Of a stretch of DNA of 64,000 bases, positions 19,595 to 29,896 are shown piece by piece. The stretch's first letter is position 1. Every line of letters begins with the position of its first letter. Origin of the DNA: Candidatus Bathyarchaeota archaeon (GTDB lineage: Archaea > Thermoproteota > Bathyarchaeia > Bathyarchaeales > Bathycorpusculaceae). The stretch is taken from contig CAWFFH010000003.1 in NCBI GenBank assembly GCA_963815095.1, positions 352,001 through 416,000 of the forward strand, written 5' to 3'. The position numbers and the translations under genes are program-made. The notes under the pieces were generated by a model that did no database searches, was not told the DNA's origin, and worked only from the letters and a program-made list of their open reading frames with translations.

Positions 19595-21790
19595 TTACAA
19601 CGCTATTACACTTAAAGGCGCTAAATCTTTCTTTAAATTGTCAAAGCTTTCTTGTATTCTCTTGATTAACTCACTGTCTACAATTATGTCAAGACCGACG
19701 TACTTTGCTTTATTATATTCACCATTATAGGTTATGACGTCTTCAACGAAGTGTCTTTTCTCATATAGTTGTTTGATTTTTAAGGCTTCCAGTTCATTTT
19801 CATTGATGGACAAGACAGAATACATGATTGCACAAGCCGCTCCAAATTCCAAGCCACTGGTGTCTACCCCATGTTTTTGGGCTAAATGGATTGTACCCAT
19901 AATTCGTTCGCCACTTTGAAGTTTTCTGAGAGGATCTCTCCCGACCCTTGAACACTTGTCCTTAAAAGAAGCTCGGCATCGTTTAAGAAAATCAGAAGCT
20001 ATTGAATTAATGTATTTTTTAGAAACAGGATTTTCAATTAGCAATGCAGGCATAATTTCACCTTTAATTATGTATTCAGCAAGCTTCGATACTCTTGAAT
20101 CGCCCATACCTTGACCTATAGTTTTATACCCCAGAAGTGCAGAGTACCAAGCAATTATTGCATGTGTTCCGTTTGAAAGCTTATTTTTTATTTCTTGCAT
20201 CGCTCTTATGTTGTCAACCGTAACCACCTGCCGTAATCGGTCCAAAAGGGGGCTTCCTTTACTGGCATAAATCGGCATTTCTGGTTCACTACTGAATAGG
20301 GTGACATTTAGTTTTGATAGTTGGTTAGCAAACTTGGTTACAGAGGACATATAGTCAGCAACATGAATTGTTTGGTAAATTGCTTGATTTTCGTTCTTTG
20401 TGGATTTTTGACGTTTTGGGAATTTGTTTTCTGCAAAAAATGCATGTGAAAACTCTAAAACTTCCTCCATTTTCCCTGAATATTCCAAGATGCTGTTGTG
20501 CATTTTATATAATTCGTTCTGTAAGTTTGAAAGAATAACCTCATCGGAAATTTTTGAAACCATTCTATTGACAACTGTTTCAGTGAAAAATGTGCTATCC
20601 ACAATTTCTTTGGCTTTTTCTTCACCAGCTAACTGGGTAATAGCATTCTCAACATGATTTCTAACAAATTTGGCTGAATTAATCTTGTTCATGACAATAA
20701 GCAACGTTAGGCTTTTATCGCCGCTGCCATATCTTTCAATCAATCCCTTAGCAATCATTTTCGCCTGAGATCTAATGGCGTATTCTGGAAGAGACAGCCC
20801 TACAATTTGCGCTTTCTTATACATCTCAATTATCTGTTCTTCATCATTCATGTCAATAATTTTTACGTTTGAAATTGTTTGAAAGTATGCAAGGCTCTCG
20901 TATTTCACATTATATTTTCCTAACGCGTTTACCAGTTGGCGTTTAAGGCTGTCGTTTGTAGCTGCGATTATTTGCCGCGGTCTAGTATATCCATCCCAAT
21001 GAGAAAAAATTTGGGCGAGGTACCCACCGCCCATTGCACCAAACCCGTGTATTCCTACAACTGTGTAACCGATACTCTGTGGAAAATGTTCATTAAGGGT
21101 CGGTATTGGCATCTTTGGCATCTGCAGAATAAGCTCATCTAAAAAATCAGTCATTTTTTCGTATGATCTATAAGCTAGGGCTTTAACTTCGGAATAGGGT
21201 TCTTTTATGTCCTTAATGAAAATCGGTATACCGCCTGCAGCGCTTGCAGATAAGAGACCGTTTTGTGAATCTTCAAAAATAAAGCAGTTGCCCAGCTCAC
21301 AGTTTAGTTCACTTGCTGCTTTGAGGAATATTGCAGGGTGAGGTTTCCCCTTTTCAACATCCTCACCACATACTACTACGTCGAAGAATCTGAGGACCCT
21401 TGCGTTGAGCAGATATTCTTCGGCGATTTCTCTTCGGCTTGATGTAGCCAACGCGATAAGCACCCCATTTTTCTTGAGACGTTCAAGTAAGTTATAAAGA
21501 CCCCTCTTAACTGGTACCCCGTTCTCTCGTACGTACCCTCTTTCTAGTATATCTGCGCGTTCTCTTATTTCTTTATACGGATAGTCTTCACCATAACATT
21601 CTTTTGCCAGCTTTTCAGCAGTTACAGCGCTTACCCCAAGAGAATCGTAAAGGATTTGGTCCGAAATTTCTTGTCCAAAGATTTCCTCAGAGGCCCGTTT
21701 AAGCATCTTGAAACGTAGGCGTTCGGTATCAAATATCGTGCCGTCCATGTCGAAAATGACAGCCTCTAATGTCTTATTCTGAAAAATCAT
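19595..21790 (-). CDS. mtlD: Bifunctional HAD phosphatase / mannitol-1-phosphate dehydrogenase (Acinetobacter MtlD type)
   Basis: HAD FDMDGT..GKPHP..FEDS; GIHGFGAMGGGY, SHWDGYTRP, TVVNRMVSK, KNKLSNGTHA, RVGRDPLRKL match the recalled Acinetobacter MtlD sequence. Confidence 0.88.
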   Translation of the reverse strand: MIFQNKTLEAVIFDMDGTIFDTERLRFKMLKRASEEIFGQEISDQILYDSLGVSAVTAEKLAKECYGEDYPYKEIRERADILERGYVRENGVPVKRGLYNLLERLKKNGVLIALATSSRREIAEEYLLNARVLRFFDVVVCGEDVEKGKPHPAIFLKAASELNCELGNCFIFEDSQNGLLSASAAGGIPIFIKDIKEPYSEVKALAYRSYEKMTDFLDELILQMPKMPIPTLNEHFPQSIGYTVVGIHGFGAMGGGYLAQIFSHWDGYTRPRQIIAATNDSLKRQLVNALGKYNVKYESLAYFQTISNVKIIDMNDEEQIIEMYKKAQIVGLSLPEYAIRSQAKMIAKGLIERYGSGDKSLTLLIVMNKINSAKFVRNHVENAITQLAGEEKAKEIVDSTFFTETVVNRMVSKISDEVILSNLQNELYKMHNSILEYSGKMEEVLEFSHAFFAENKFPKRQKSTKNENQAIYQTIHVADYMSSVTKFANQLSKLNVTLFSSEPEMPIYASKGSPLLDRLRQVVTVDNIRAMQEIKNKLSNGTHAIIAWYSALLGYKTIGQGMGDSRVSKLAEYIIKGEIMPALLIENPVSKKYINSIASDFLKRCRASFKDKCSRVGRDPLRKLQSGERIMGTIHLAQKHGVDTSGLEFGAACAIMYSVLSINENELEALKIKQLYEKRHFVEDVITYNGEYNKAKYVGLDIIVDSELIKRIQESFDNLKKDLAPLSVIAL

Positions 21791-22089
21791 CCTTGTTCCC
21801 CCTATTTTCTGTTACAGTGTGAAGCTTTTCTTATAAGTTTATATACAGAAAATCAAGAAAATAGTCAAATTTTTACACAAAAAATTGTATGTTTATGTAG
21901 AGTTTACTAAAATATTCCACCTACATTGCATCCTATGAAGAAAAAGTCTTCAAGGGTGAAATTGTTCTGCAAAACAATTAAAGAACCAGCCTTGGAGAAT
22001 AACGCATAAAAGGAACTTCAGGTCTGCATCGCGTTTTAATGAGCATTATCATGTTGAAAAGCAGTTTTTAGAAGAACATATCCAACGAA

Positions 22090-22347
22090 TCAAGCCTGCT
22101 CAACAACGTCTATAACGTTGACGGTTGAGTTTATCCATCTCAAGTAAGCGTTTAACATCGCACGCAGGGCAACCGTGTCCTCTGCCTCAGCCGTTAATAA
22201 AAGAAATAAGCCATCCTCTTCAAGTTTTATGTTGGCGCGTTTGGTCGGTTGCGAGTTGGCTTCAGGCCTTAAAGCGCTAAGGATAGTGGAGATTTGTTTT
22301 CGTGATTGGAACTTTATACGCATGTAAGCTTTTGCTTTGGTTGACAT
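22090..22347 (-). CDS. pcc1: KEOPS complex subunit Pcc1
   Basis: ALRPE, AEDTVALRAMLNAYLRW; position after rpl37ae. Confidence 0.9.
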   Translation of the reverse strand: MSTKAKAYMRIKFQSRKQISTILSALRPEANSQPTKRANIKLEEDGLFLLLTAEAEDTVALRAMLNAYLRWINSTVNVIDVVEQA

Positions 22348-22440
22348 TCAAGGTGCCGTATGTTAACATGATTTACTCAGTAATAAACAGAAAAACTAAA
22401 AATATACTATATATAAAAATTAAAGAAAGAAAAGAAAGGT

Positions 22441-22764
22441 TTACTCGGTTGTTTCTTCTTCAGTTGCCGACTCAACAGCCGCCACAGCTTTCGCAGTTTC
22501 TTCAACTGGCGCGCCTTTGGCTGCCCGCTTGGCCACAACACCTAGCTTAGTGACAGGTGTGTATGCTCCGCCTGCAAAAGTGTATTCACACTTGCTGCAT
22601 TTCCAAATGCCTACGCTTTCTCGCTTTACGCGGGTAAAGCCACATTGTGGGCACCGGTGGGGCTTCTTGAGTTCAATCATTACTTTCATGTAGCGTTTTC
22701 TAACTGTTGATCCGTAACGTACTCCTAAACCTCGTGTTGGACCTACCTTCTTCATCTTAGGCAA
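22441..22764 (-). CDS. rpl37ae: 50S ribosomal protein L37ae
   Basis: GVRYG, CPQC, GIWKCSKC, AGGAY. Confidence 0.97.
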   Translation of the reverse strand: MPKMKKVGPTRGLGVRYGSTVRKRYMKVMIELKKPHRCPQCGFTRVKRESVGIWKCSKCEYTFAGGAYTPVTKLGVVAKRAAKGAPVEETAKAVAAVESATEEETTE

Positions 22765-22772
22765 CTTTTATC

Positions 22773-23564
22773 TCACCAATCTAGTTTCTTGCGCAGTTCT
22801 GCTGCTTTGTCCAGAGCAATCTTTGAGGCTTCTAAAATCTGTTGTGGTGTGAAATATCCTGAGCCGCCCTTCTGAATGGCGCAAATGGTTCCGTCTTCTT
22901 TGGTTGCGAATGTTATGCGTGAGTCCATGACTTGTTCTTCTTCTGCTGAGGGGTCACTGATTAGGTGGTTGTTGATTTTGCCTGTGGTGACTGTTACCGG
23001 GTGACTCTTTACGGGTAACGGTGTGTAGCCTTGTTTGATTTTTAATTCGCCGTCTTTGATTTCGTAGTTAGGCATTTTAGTGTTCATTAACGCAGCCATT
23101 GCGGCCATTGCAGAAGCGTCAATCAAGTTTCCATCATGATTCAGCACGTAAATGTCAACGAAAACCACGAAAACCTTCTTGCCTGCTTCAATGACTAGTT
23201 TTTCATTGTCGATGCATTTTGATTCTCTGATACCTCTGTCGACAACACGGGCTAATTCGATTGAGTTTTCGTCTGGTGGTCCAGGTTCAAAGTTTGGTGA
23301 GGCAACGGGGACTAGTTCTGCGTTTACGGTTAAGACGCCTTCGTTTGGTGTATCTGGGAAAGGTTCGCCTGTTCCAACTTTTACGCCGACGAGGATCTGA
23401 GTTTTTCCGAGGTAAACTCTTGCTGAGCCTTCAGCTTTCTCTATTACGCCTTGTTCGATTTTGATTTCGCGGGTATCGAGTAAGCCTCTATCGTCTAGTC
23501 GTTTGCCTTTCTCGATTAGTTGTTCTATTTGTTTTAGCTTAACTTTAGTTACAAGTGATGACAT
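22773..23564 (-). CDS. rrp42: Exosome subunit Rrp42
   Basis: KAEGSA, ELARVVDRGIRES, DGNLIDA. Confidence 0.96.
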   Translation of the reverse strand: MSSLVTKVKLKQIEQLIEKGKRLDDRGLLDTREIKIEQGVIEKAEGSARVYLGKTQILVGVKVGTGEPFPDTPNEGVLTVNAELVPVASPNFEPGPPDENSIELARVVDRGIRESKCIDNEKLVIEAGKKVFVVFVDIYVLNHDGNLIDASAMAAMAALMNTKMPNYEIKDGELKIKQGYTPLPVKSHPVTVTTGKINNHLISDPSAEEEQVMDSRITFATKEDGTICAIQKGGSGYFTPQQILEASKIALDKAAELRKKLDW

Positions 23565-24298
23565 TATTCTTCAACCTCTTTAACAACCATGTATTTGGTC
23601 TTTAACGCTTCTTTTTGCATTTCATAGATTTTTTTGCAGCCTTCTATTGCCATATTTACGGCTTTCTCGAATTCAGCGGGTTCCAAAATTCCATCCATCT
23701 GCAAGAGTGTAACTGCATTTAAGCTCGGCATGTAAGCAACTGGAACATCTGCAGCACCAAGTTTGTCCTCTGCGTCATAAAGGTCGAGAACTACGGTATC
23801 ATCAACTTTTCCTGCTGCACACCCTACAACTAAGTCGCGCATTGGAACGCCAGAATCAGCGATTGCTAGAGCAGCAGCGGTAATAGCTGCGCATCTTGTT
23901 CCTCCGTCAGCTTGTAGAATTTCGACGTAAACGTCGACACCTGTTCGTGGGTATAGTTCGAGGAATAGGGCTGGTTCAAGGGATTCTTTTATTACTTTTG
24001 AGAGTTCAACTTCTCTTCGGGATGGTGCGGGGGATTTTCGTTCCTGTACGGAAAAAGGCGCCATGTGATAACGAACTTTTAACACCATACGGTCAGCTTG
24101 CATGAGGTGTTTTGGATGTACTTCACGTGGACCGAATGCTGCGGCTAAAATCTTGTTTTTTCCATGTTCAACATAGGCTGATCCATCAGCGTTTGACAAA
24201 ACGCCTACTTGAAGTTTAACAGGGCGAAGTTCATCCGCTTTTCTACCGTCTAATCGGATGCCTTTCTTATCAATTAATTTATCTGGTTTTTCATTCAA
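23564..24298 (-). CDS. rrp41: Exosome subunit Rrp41
   Basis: RLDGRK, ADGSAY, PSRRE, ADGGTR. Confidence 0.97.
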   Translation of the reverse strand: MNEKPDKLIDKKGIRLDGRKADELRPVKLQVGVLSNADGSAYVEHGKNKILAAAFGPREVHPKHLMQADRMVLKVRYHMAPFSVQERKSPAPSRREVELSKVIKESLEPALFLELYPRTGVDVYVEILQADGGTRCAAITAAALAIADSGVPMRDLVVGCAAGKVDDTVVLDLYDAEDKLGAADVPVAYMPSLNAVTLLQMDGILEPAEFEKAVNMAIEGCKKIYEMQKEALKTKYMVVKEVEE

Positions 24299-25019
24299 CT
24301 TTATTTTCCTCCACTTTACTTAATTTCTTTTCTTTTAGCAATTGTGTTATGCGATCAGTAAGACCGCTTGTGTGGGATTCTTCCTCAATTTTTCGAATCA
24401 CACTTATGGCAAGGTCCTCTTCTTCCAAATTTTTGCCTGTGACCAAGATAACGCCGTTTAAGCCGAGGATGATTTGGCAGTTGGTTTCTTGTTTAATCAT
24501 TGAAATCATTGAACCTTTACGTCCGATAATGCGTGGAATCTTTGTCGGGGTCACATGAAGGATTTGGCCTCGAGTAATCTTTCCCATTCCTGGTTCGCCG
24601 ACTGTGAGTTGTGGGTCATGTGCTCGATCGAAAGTTGCGATTTTGGCAACAATTAAGTCGCCTGCAGTCAATATCTGGGACAACTCGTCGTTTTGAGGCT
24701 TAAAGGGTCGACTCAACACATCCGACGCGCGAAGCATTGCTGTGTAGGGTGCTTTGATGTCAACGGTCCAGCCGTTGAATCCTACTTCAATGACTGTTCC
24801 AATCACTATGTCACCCATTTTCGGCACGTAAAAAGCCCTTAATGCAACAACGTTTACTTTTTTATTGTCACTGTCTACGAGTCCAATCCTTGAGGCATAA
24901 ATCTTGCCTGCTTCCACATACGTGTTTTCGCCAGGTAAATAGTCGCCTTCAGCGAGCATTTCTCCGGGCGTAACAAGCTGTTTTTTTTCAAAGAATGTTG
25001 GCATAAAATCACCTATCAT
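24291..25019 (-). CDS. rrp4: Exosome subunit Rrp4
   Basis: S1 and KH domains (IPRIIGRKGSMI); operon context; true start may be slightly downstream (MPTFF). Confidence 0.95.
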   Translation of the reverse strand: MIGDFMPTFFEKKQLVTPGEMLAEGDYLPGENTYVEAGKIYASRIGLVDSDNKKVNVVALRAFYVPKMGDIVIGTVIEVGFNGWTVDIKAPYTAMLRASDVLSRPFKPQNDELSQILTAGDLIVAKIATFDRAHDPQLTVGEPGMGKITRGQILHVTPTKIPRIIGRKGSMISMIKQETNCQIILGLNGVILVTGKNLEEEDLAISVIRKIEEESHTSGLTDRITQLLKEKKLSKVEENKVE

Positions 25020-25030
25020 TTTTTACATTA

Positions 25031-25720
25031 CTATGAGATTATTTTTGCTTCTCCTGTTCCTTTGGTTGCGTCGCCAAGCTTGTTTATCAGCGAAGCGTAA
25101 GATCCTGCGGGTAATTCAAGCTCGCCATACCATGAACCGTCACCGCGCCATTCTTCCCGTTTAATAGTACCCAATGTTTTGATTGTACCGTAAGCTCTTG
25201 CGGCATGCTGTGTTGGTATTTTGACTGCAACTGTGACTTGTTCGATTTTCAAGGGTAAAATGGGACGCAACAGTTTAACTATGTCTTTAGCCTGCTCTTC
25301 CACAGACTTGTATGGGTCAATTGGATAACGAATCTGCTCCATCGCATTTTCGATGCGTGCAGGCGGATGCGGCAAATTTGTTTTAGGGTCTACTGCTTGT
25401 CGGGAAATAAAATCTATAACTGTCCTTTTTTTGTCTTCGACCATTTTCCGTCTTTGGTCAGTTGTTAGTTGCAAAGTTCCTTTTTTTAGGATTTCATCTG
25501 CAATTTTTAGTGGGTCACATGTTTTGAAGGCCTTTTTCATGGTTTCTTCAGAAACTTTAGTGCCCTTGTTTGCGTCAGCAAAAATCATTTCAGCGGCTAA
25601 AACCTCAGTTATGCTTGAGATTTTGCCGTTTCGGTAGTCGAGCGCTTTGTTAGGCTTAACTAATATTTCAAAATGTTCATTTTCTCTTGTCAAGCGCGCG
25701 ACGGTGAACTTTTCGCTCAT
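25031..25720 (-). CDS. Ribosome maturation factor SBDS
   Basis: HFEILV, QLTTDQR, PHPPARIENAM. Confidence 0.96.
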   Translation of the reverse strand: MSEKFTVARLTRENEHFEILVKPNKALDYRNGKISSITEVLAAEMIFADANKGTKVSEETMKKAFKTCDPLKIADEILKKGTLQLTTDQRRKMVEDKKRTVIDFISRQAVDPKTNLPHPPARIENAMEQIRYPIDPYKSVEEQAKDIVKLLRPILPLKIEQVTVAVKIPTQHAARAYGTIKTLGTIKREEWRGDGSWYGELELPAGSYASLINKLGDATKGTGEAKIIS

Positions 25721-25727
25721 TATTTTT

Positions 25728-26456
25728 TCACTTGCTTGAACCCTGCTCTTTGATGTAGCCTTCCACTGTGTTGTCGTTTAGCATTTCCATTTTCTGTGTC
25801 GCTGCGGGAATAATTGCGATCTTAATTCTTGGCGGTAGCTGGCGTGCTTCGAGGGCTTTGACTAAGCATTTAACTGCGAGTTTTATGCTGTTATCAAGGG
25901 TTAGGTCTTCTTTGTATTCTTCTTTCAGAATGCCCAGAACCGTTTCTCTTCCTGCGCCCAATGCTGTGGCTTTGTATCCTCTGTAGGTTCCGCTTGGATG
26001 TGTTCCAAAGACGCGTGTTCCTGTTTTGTCAACTCCTCCAAAGATTATTGAAACTCCGAAGGGTCGGACACCTGCGTGTTGGGTGTACATCTGTTGGATG
26101 TCACAAATACGTTTAGTTACGACTTCAATATCTATGGGTTCGTCATAGGTTAGTTTGTTACTTTGAGCGTATATTCTTGCTTGGTCAATTAGAATTCTAG
26201 CGTCGGAACTCAACCCGACTATGGCTGCGCCAATATGGTCATCTACTCTGAAGAGTTTCCATGAATACCCTGCTTCTTCAAGGACTTCGATGTTCTCTTC
26301 TGAACCGAGAACCAATCCTTCGGTTGATTGGATGCCTATAATGGTGGCTCCGCGGTTCACAAGTTCCATCGCGTATTCTACTTGGAAGAGTCGTCCATCA
26401 GGCGAGAAAACGGTAATGGCACGGTCATATGCTCCTGGTGCTGCAAATACAGACAT
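25728..26456 (-). CDS. psmA: Proteasome alpha subunit
   Basis: YDRAITVFSPDGRLFQVEYA, RPFGVS. Confidence 0.98.
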   Translation of the reverse strand: MSVFAAPGAYDRAITVFSPDGRLFQVEYAMELVNRGATIIGIQSTEGLVLGSEENIEVLEEAGYSWKLFRVDDHIGAAIVGLSSDARILIDQARIYAQSNKLTYDEPIDIEVVTKRICDIQQMYTQHAGVRPFGVSIIFGGVDKTGTRVFGTHPSGTYRGYKATALGAGRETVLGILKEEYKEDLTLDNSIKLAVKCLVKALEARQLPPRIKIAIIPAATQKMEMLNDNTVEGYIKEQGSSK

Positions 26457-26855
26457 AATGTTAACCTCACTTTACACTATACACTTTTTCACAGTCTCAT
26501 ACAATAACTACACTAAAAACCTTTCCTATAAAAGCAAAACCCAATTGACCATAGTTTGAAGATTTGAAACCGGTTCTATCGGATGAAGACATGGATAGGG
26601 GAAAATCCTGAAGCCTCTTGCCTAGAAAAATAAGTACCCATTTTGTATAAAACATTCAAAATATAACAGCACATTGACTTCAGCTGGACTTAAGTCTAAA
26701 AAATCGATCTGATCACCTATAAGCGATCAGGTTAACGAAGTGGAAATCTTCAGATTTGCTCCCTACTGATTCTCCAAAAAAATTATTGTTTAGCGCAATT
26801 GGTATTTATAGTTTGCAAGCCATACTTGTGGCTGTATTTTCCAGAAGGGAAGGGA

Positions 26856-28820
26856 ATGGCGACTCAAACAACAGGGGGACACACTATGGTTAAGCTACCC
26901 AGCCAAGTCACCGAATATTTTCCCTACGACAAAGTCCGACCACACCAAGACGAATTCATAAGCACCGTCTACAACGCCGTAGCCAACAGACGCTCAGTTC
27001 TAATTGAAGGCAGCAACGGCTTAGGAAAAACAATCAGCGCACTCTCAGCCGTGTTGCCCATAGCCATCGAAAAAAAACTCAAAATCCTCTATGTAGCTCG
27101 AACCCACCGCCAACATGACCGCGTTATAGAAGAACTACGAGCCGTTTTTCGAAAACACCAAGTTTCAGGACTATCCATTCGTGGGCGCAACGAAATGTGC
27201 CTTAACGTTTTCGCGGCTAAAGGAGCATTCGATTCGAAGTCGCTTATGGAAGTCTGTGAACTACTAAAAGCCAAAAGCAGATGCCCCTACTACACCAATG
27301 TAGAACAACGCACGTATGATTATTTGCAGCTTCAACAGCAAGTAGCCAGTCGTCCTTACATGGGGTCCGAAATCCAGCGGATCTGCAAGAAAAAAGAAGT
27401 ATGCCCATACGAACTAGTAAAAGCTGGACTCTCAGACGTAAAAGTCATAGCCCTAAGCTACCTCTACGTTTTCGACCCCGCCATCCGCACAGCTTTCCTC
27501 AAAAACTTGGAAACAGAACTACAAAAAATAATCCTAATCGTCGATGAAGCGCATAATTTGCCTGAAACCGCAATCAGCATCTCAGGCAGCACCCTCTCAC
27601 TATTTGTCATGAGGGCTGCAGAAATGGAAGCAAACCGATTCGGCAACAAAGACATCGAAGAATTCGCGCATTTCTTTAGAACTGAAGTAGAAAAAATAAC
27701 AGATAAAATAAGCCGAGAAGAAATAATTTCTGCAAACAGCATCATCGAAATCATTCAAAAACAAGGGAACATCCCTCGTCCCAGGGAATTCTTTGAACAC
27801 ATGCACGAAGCGGGCGCCACTATCAGGAAAACCTTGTTAGCTGAAGGCAAAAATCCTCGATCCTATGTTCATGCGATGAGTGAGTTTTTGCTCAAATGGG
27901 TTGACACTCTAGAAGATGATTCCTTCATTAACGTTGCAAGCCGATATTTCAACAAAGAAAATAACAAGACAGCAAAACTCGAAATTGTTGCGCTTGACCC
28001 TTCAAAGGTTACGCAGCCAGTTTTCTCGTCCACCTATGCTAACGTTATAATGTCGGGAACACTTCAGCCATTAGAAGCTTTTGCACGAATAACACGACTC
28101 CCAGAAAGCACGGTAAAGTTTCTTGCACCCTCGCCGTTTCCAAAAGAGCACGTTTTCTCTGCTGTCTGCTGTGGCGTCACAACTTCCATGGAAAAGAGAA
28201 CATCACAGATGTACCAAACCATGGTTGAACGCATAAACGAAGTTGTAAACAGCACCCCAACTAACACAGGCATCTTCACCGCATCTTTCCAAGTTCTAAA
28301 CTCCTTGCTGGATGAAGGCTTAGAAAATGCTCTCTTAAAACCCCTTTTCCACGAACGCAAAGGCATGACCTCTAAAGCAAACGAAAAAATGGTCCAAGAC
28401 TTCAAAGCCTGCGGCGACAAAGGAGGCGCAGTTTTTCTGGGTGTTCAGGGCGGGAGGACTTCGGAGGGTGTAGATTTTCCAGGAAACCAAATGAATTCAG
28501 TAATAGTCGTGGGTGTGCCCTATGCAGAACCAACTCCAAGGATTAAAGCACAAATCGAATACTATGAGAAGCGCTTTCCAGGGTTTGGACGCGAATATGG
28601 CTACGTTTTACCGGCAATGAAAAAAGCCTCACAAGCCGCGGGCAGACCTATAAGAACACTTGAAGACCGAGGTGCCATAATATTCTTAGACTACCGTTTC
28701 TCCACAGCTTACTGCAAAAGTTTCTTACCATCATGGATAACAAATGTTATGAAAGTGTTGCCCGACAAAAAAAACGTCTTAGCAACCGAAGTCAGCAATT
28801 TCTTTAGAACTCAATCTTGA
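26856..28820 (+). CDS. xpd: XPD/Rad3-family Fe-S DNA helicase
   Basis: GLGKT, Fe-S cysteines, DEAH, SGTL, SEGVDF, QAAGRPIR; start codon uncertain (26799, 26856 or 26886). Confidence 0.92.
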   Translation: MATQTTGGHTMVKLPSQVTEYFPYDKVRPHQDEFISTVYNAVANRRSVLIEGSNGLGKTISALSAVLPIAIEKKLKILYVARTHRQHDRVIEELRAVFRKHQVSGLSIRGRNEMCLNVFAAKGAFDSKSLMEVCELLKAKSRCPYYTNVEQRTYDYLQLQQQVASRPYMGSEIQRICKKKEVCPYELVKAGLSDVKVIALSYLYVFDPAIRTAFLKNLETELQKIILIVDEAHNLPETAISISGSTLSLFVMRAAEMEANRFGNKDIEEFAHFFRTEVEKITDKISREEIISANSIIEIIQKQGNIPRPREFFEHMHEAGATIRKTLLAEGKNPRSYVHAMSEFLLKWVDTLEDDSFINVASRYFNKENNKTAKLEIVALDPSKVTQPVFSSTYANVIMSGTLQPLEAFARITRLPESTVKFLAPSPFPKEHVFSAVCCGVTTSMEKRTSQMYQTMVERINEVVNSTPTNTGIFTASFQVLNSLLDEGLENALLKPLFHERKGMTSKANEKMVQDFKACGDKGGAVFLGVQGGRTSEGVDFPGNQMNSVIVVGVPYAEPTPRIKAQIEYYEKRFPGFGREYGYVLPAMKKASQAAGRPIRTLEDRGAIIFLDYRFSTAYCKSFLPSWITNVMKVLPDKKNVLATEVSNFFRTQS

Positions 28821-29896
28821 ACTTCCTGAAGTTTCTGATTTACCACAACTTTGCCGATGACAATCCTTAAAGGTTTGGCTGAAACTGCAGTTTGAACTTT
28901 GAGCGCTTTTCGAAGTTGATTAACTTCACGTAGCACCCCGATACCTAAAAACTTGGCACCACGACCGGACAAACCAACGAGGATTCCTTTTTCGGGTTCC
29001 TGTTTTTTTGGTATGGCATTTCTGGGTTCGATGGTCACTTGACTTTTGGGGTAGCACTGTAGCTTTGCATTTTTGAGATAACGTGCGTAAGTCATTTCGC
29101 GTATAATCTTACGTTTTTCTGGGGTTCGAGGCTTAAGAGCAAAGGATGGCTCAACCACGAAGATAGGCGTTTCCAAACTTGCTATCAGTGGGGCCAGTTC
29201 ATTTTGCGCTTGAACACCGATTATTACGTCAGGTTTTAGCGCCCTAACCAAGTCAGATTTGTATGTAACCGCTAAGTCACCACTTACCAGACCATCAGTA
29301 TTAATTAAGACAAAATCAACCTGACCTCTCAGAATCTCAGCTTCCATAGCAGTTAAACCTTCAATGGTTTTGGATACTGCTGTTACTGGTGAGATTACTC
29401 CGACAAAAAAAGCGTTTTTCATTTTCAAATTGTGCAGTTCGGGTATTCGTTTAGAAATTAAAGCGTAGCCAACAGTTGCTGATGGACCTATGTCGGATTG
29501 ACCTAAATCTCCATCTAAAACTGCAACCTTACCCTTCCCATCTACTAGCTTGTTTAGTATGTAAGTACAGAGACTACTTTTGCCACTATCAACTGCCCCA
29601 ATAATCATAACAACCACTGGACGCTTTTGCAAACCCAAAATAACTTCAACAGCTTTATCCCATGCAGGCGGATTTGTACTGCCCGTAGTTTCAGCTAGGC
29701 CTGAATTGGCGCCCAATGAAACATCAAAGGTCGATGGTTCATTTATAAAAAAAGGAAGTCGTCTTCCTTCCCGAATCAAAACCCGCTGGGATTCTTTCAT
29801 TTGATACCCAAATACTTCAGCTTTTCCCGAAACAAGCCGTACTGACGCTGGGCCATCAACTAGCATTGTTTTATTGGATTCGATTGTGTGCTTCAA
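28811..29896 (-). CDS. Clp1/Grc3-family polynucleotide 5'-kinase
   Basis: GAVDSGKS Walker A, DGDLGQSDIGP, INTDG; N-terminal beta domain. Confidence 0.88.
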   Translation of the reverse strand: MKHTIESNKTMLVDGPASVRLVSGKAEVFGYQMKESQRVLIREGRRLPFFINEPSTFDVSLGANSGLAETTGSTNPPAWDKAVEVILGLQKRPVVVMIIGAVDSGKSSLCTYILNKLVDGKGKVAVLDGDLGQSDIGPSATVGYALISKRIPELHNLKMKNAFFVGVISPVTAVSKTIEGLTAMEAEILRGQVDFVLINTDGLVSGDLAVTYKSDLVRALKPDVIIGVQAQNELAPLIASLETPIFVVEPSFALKPRTPEKRKIIREMTYARYLKNAKLQCYPKSQVTIEPRNAIPKKQEPEKGILVGLSGRGAKFLGIGVLREVNQLRKALKVQTAVSAKPLRIVIGKVVVNQKLQEVQD

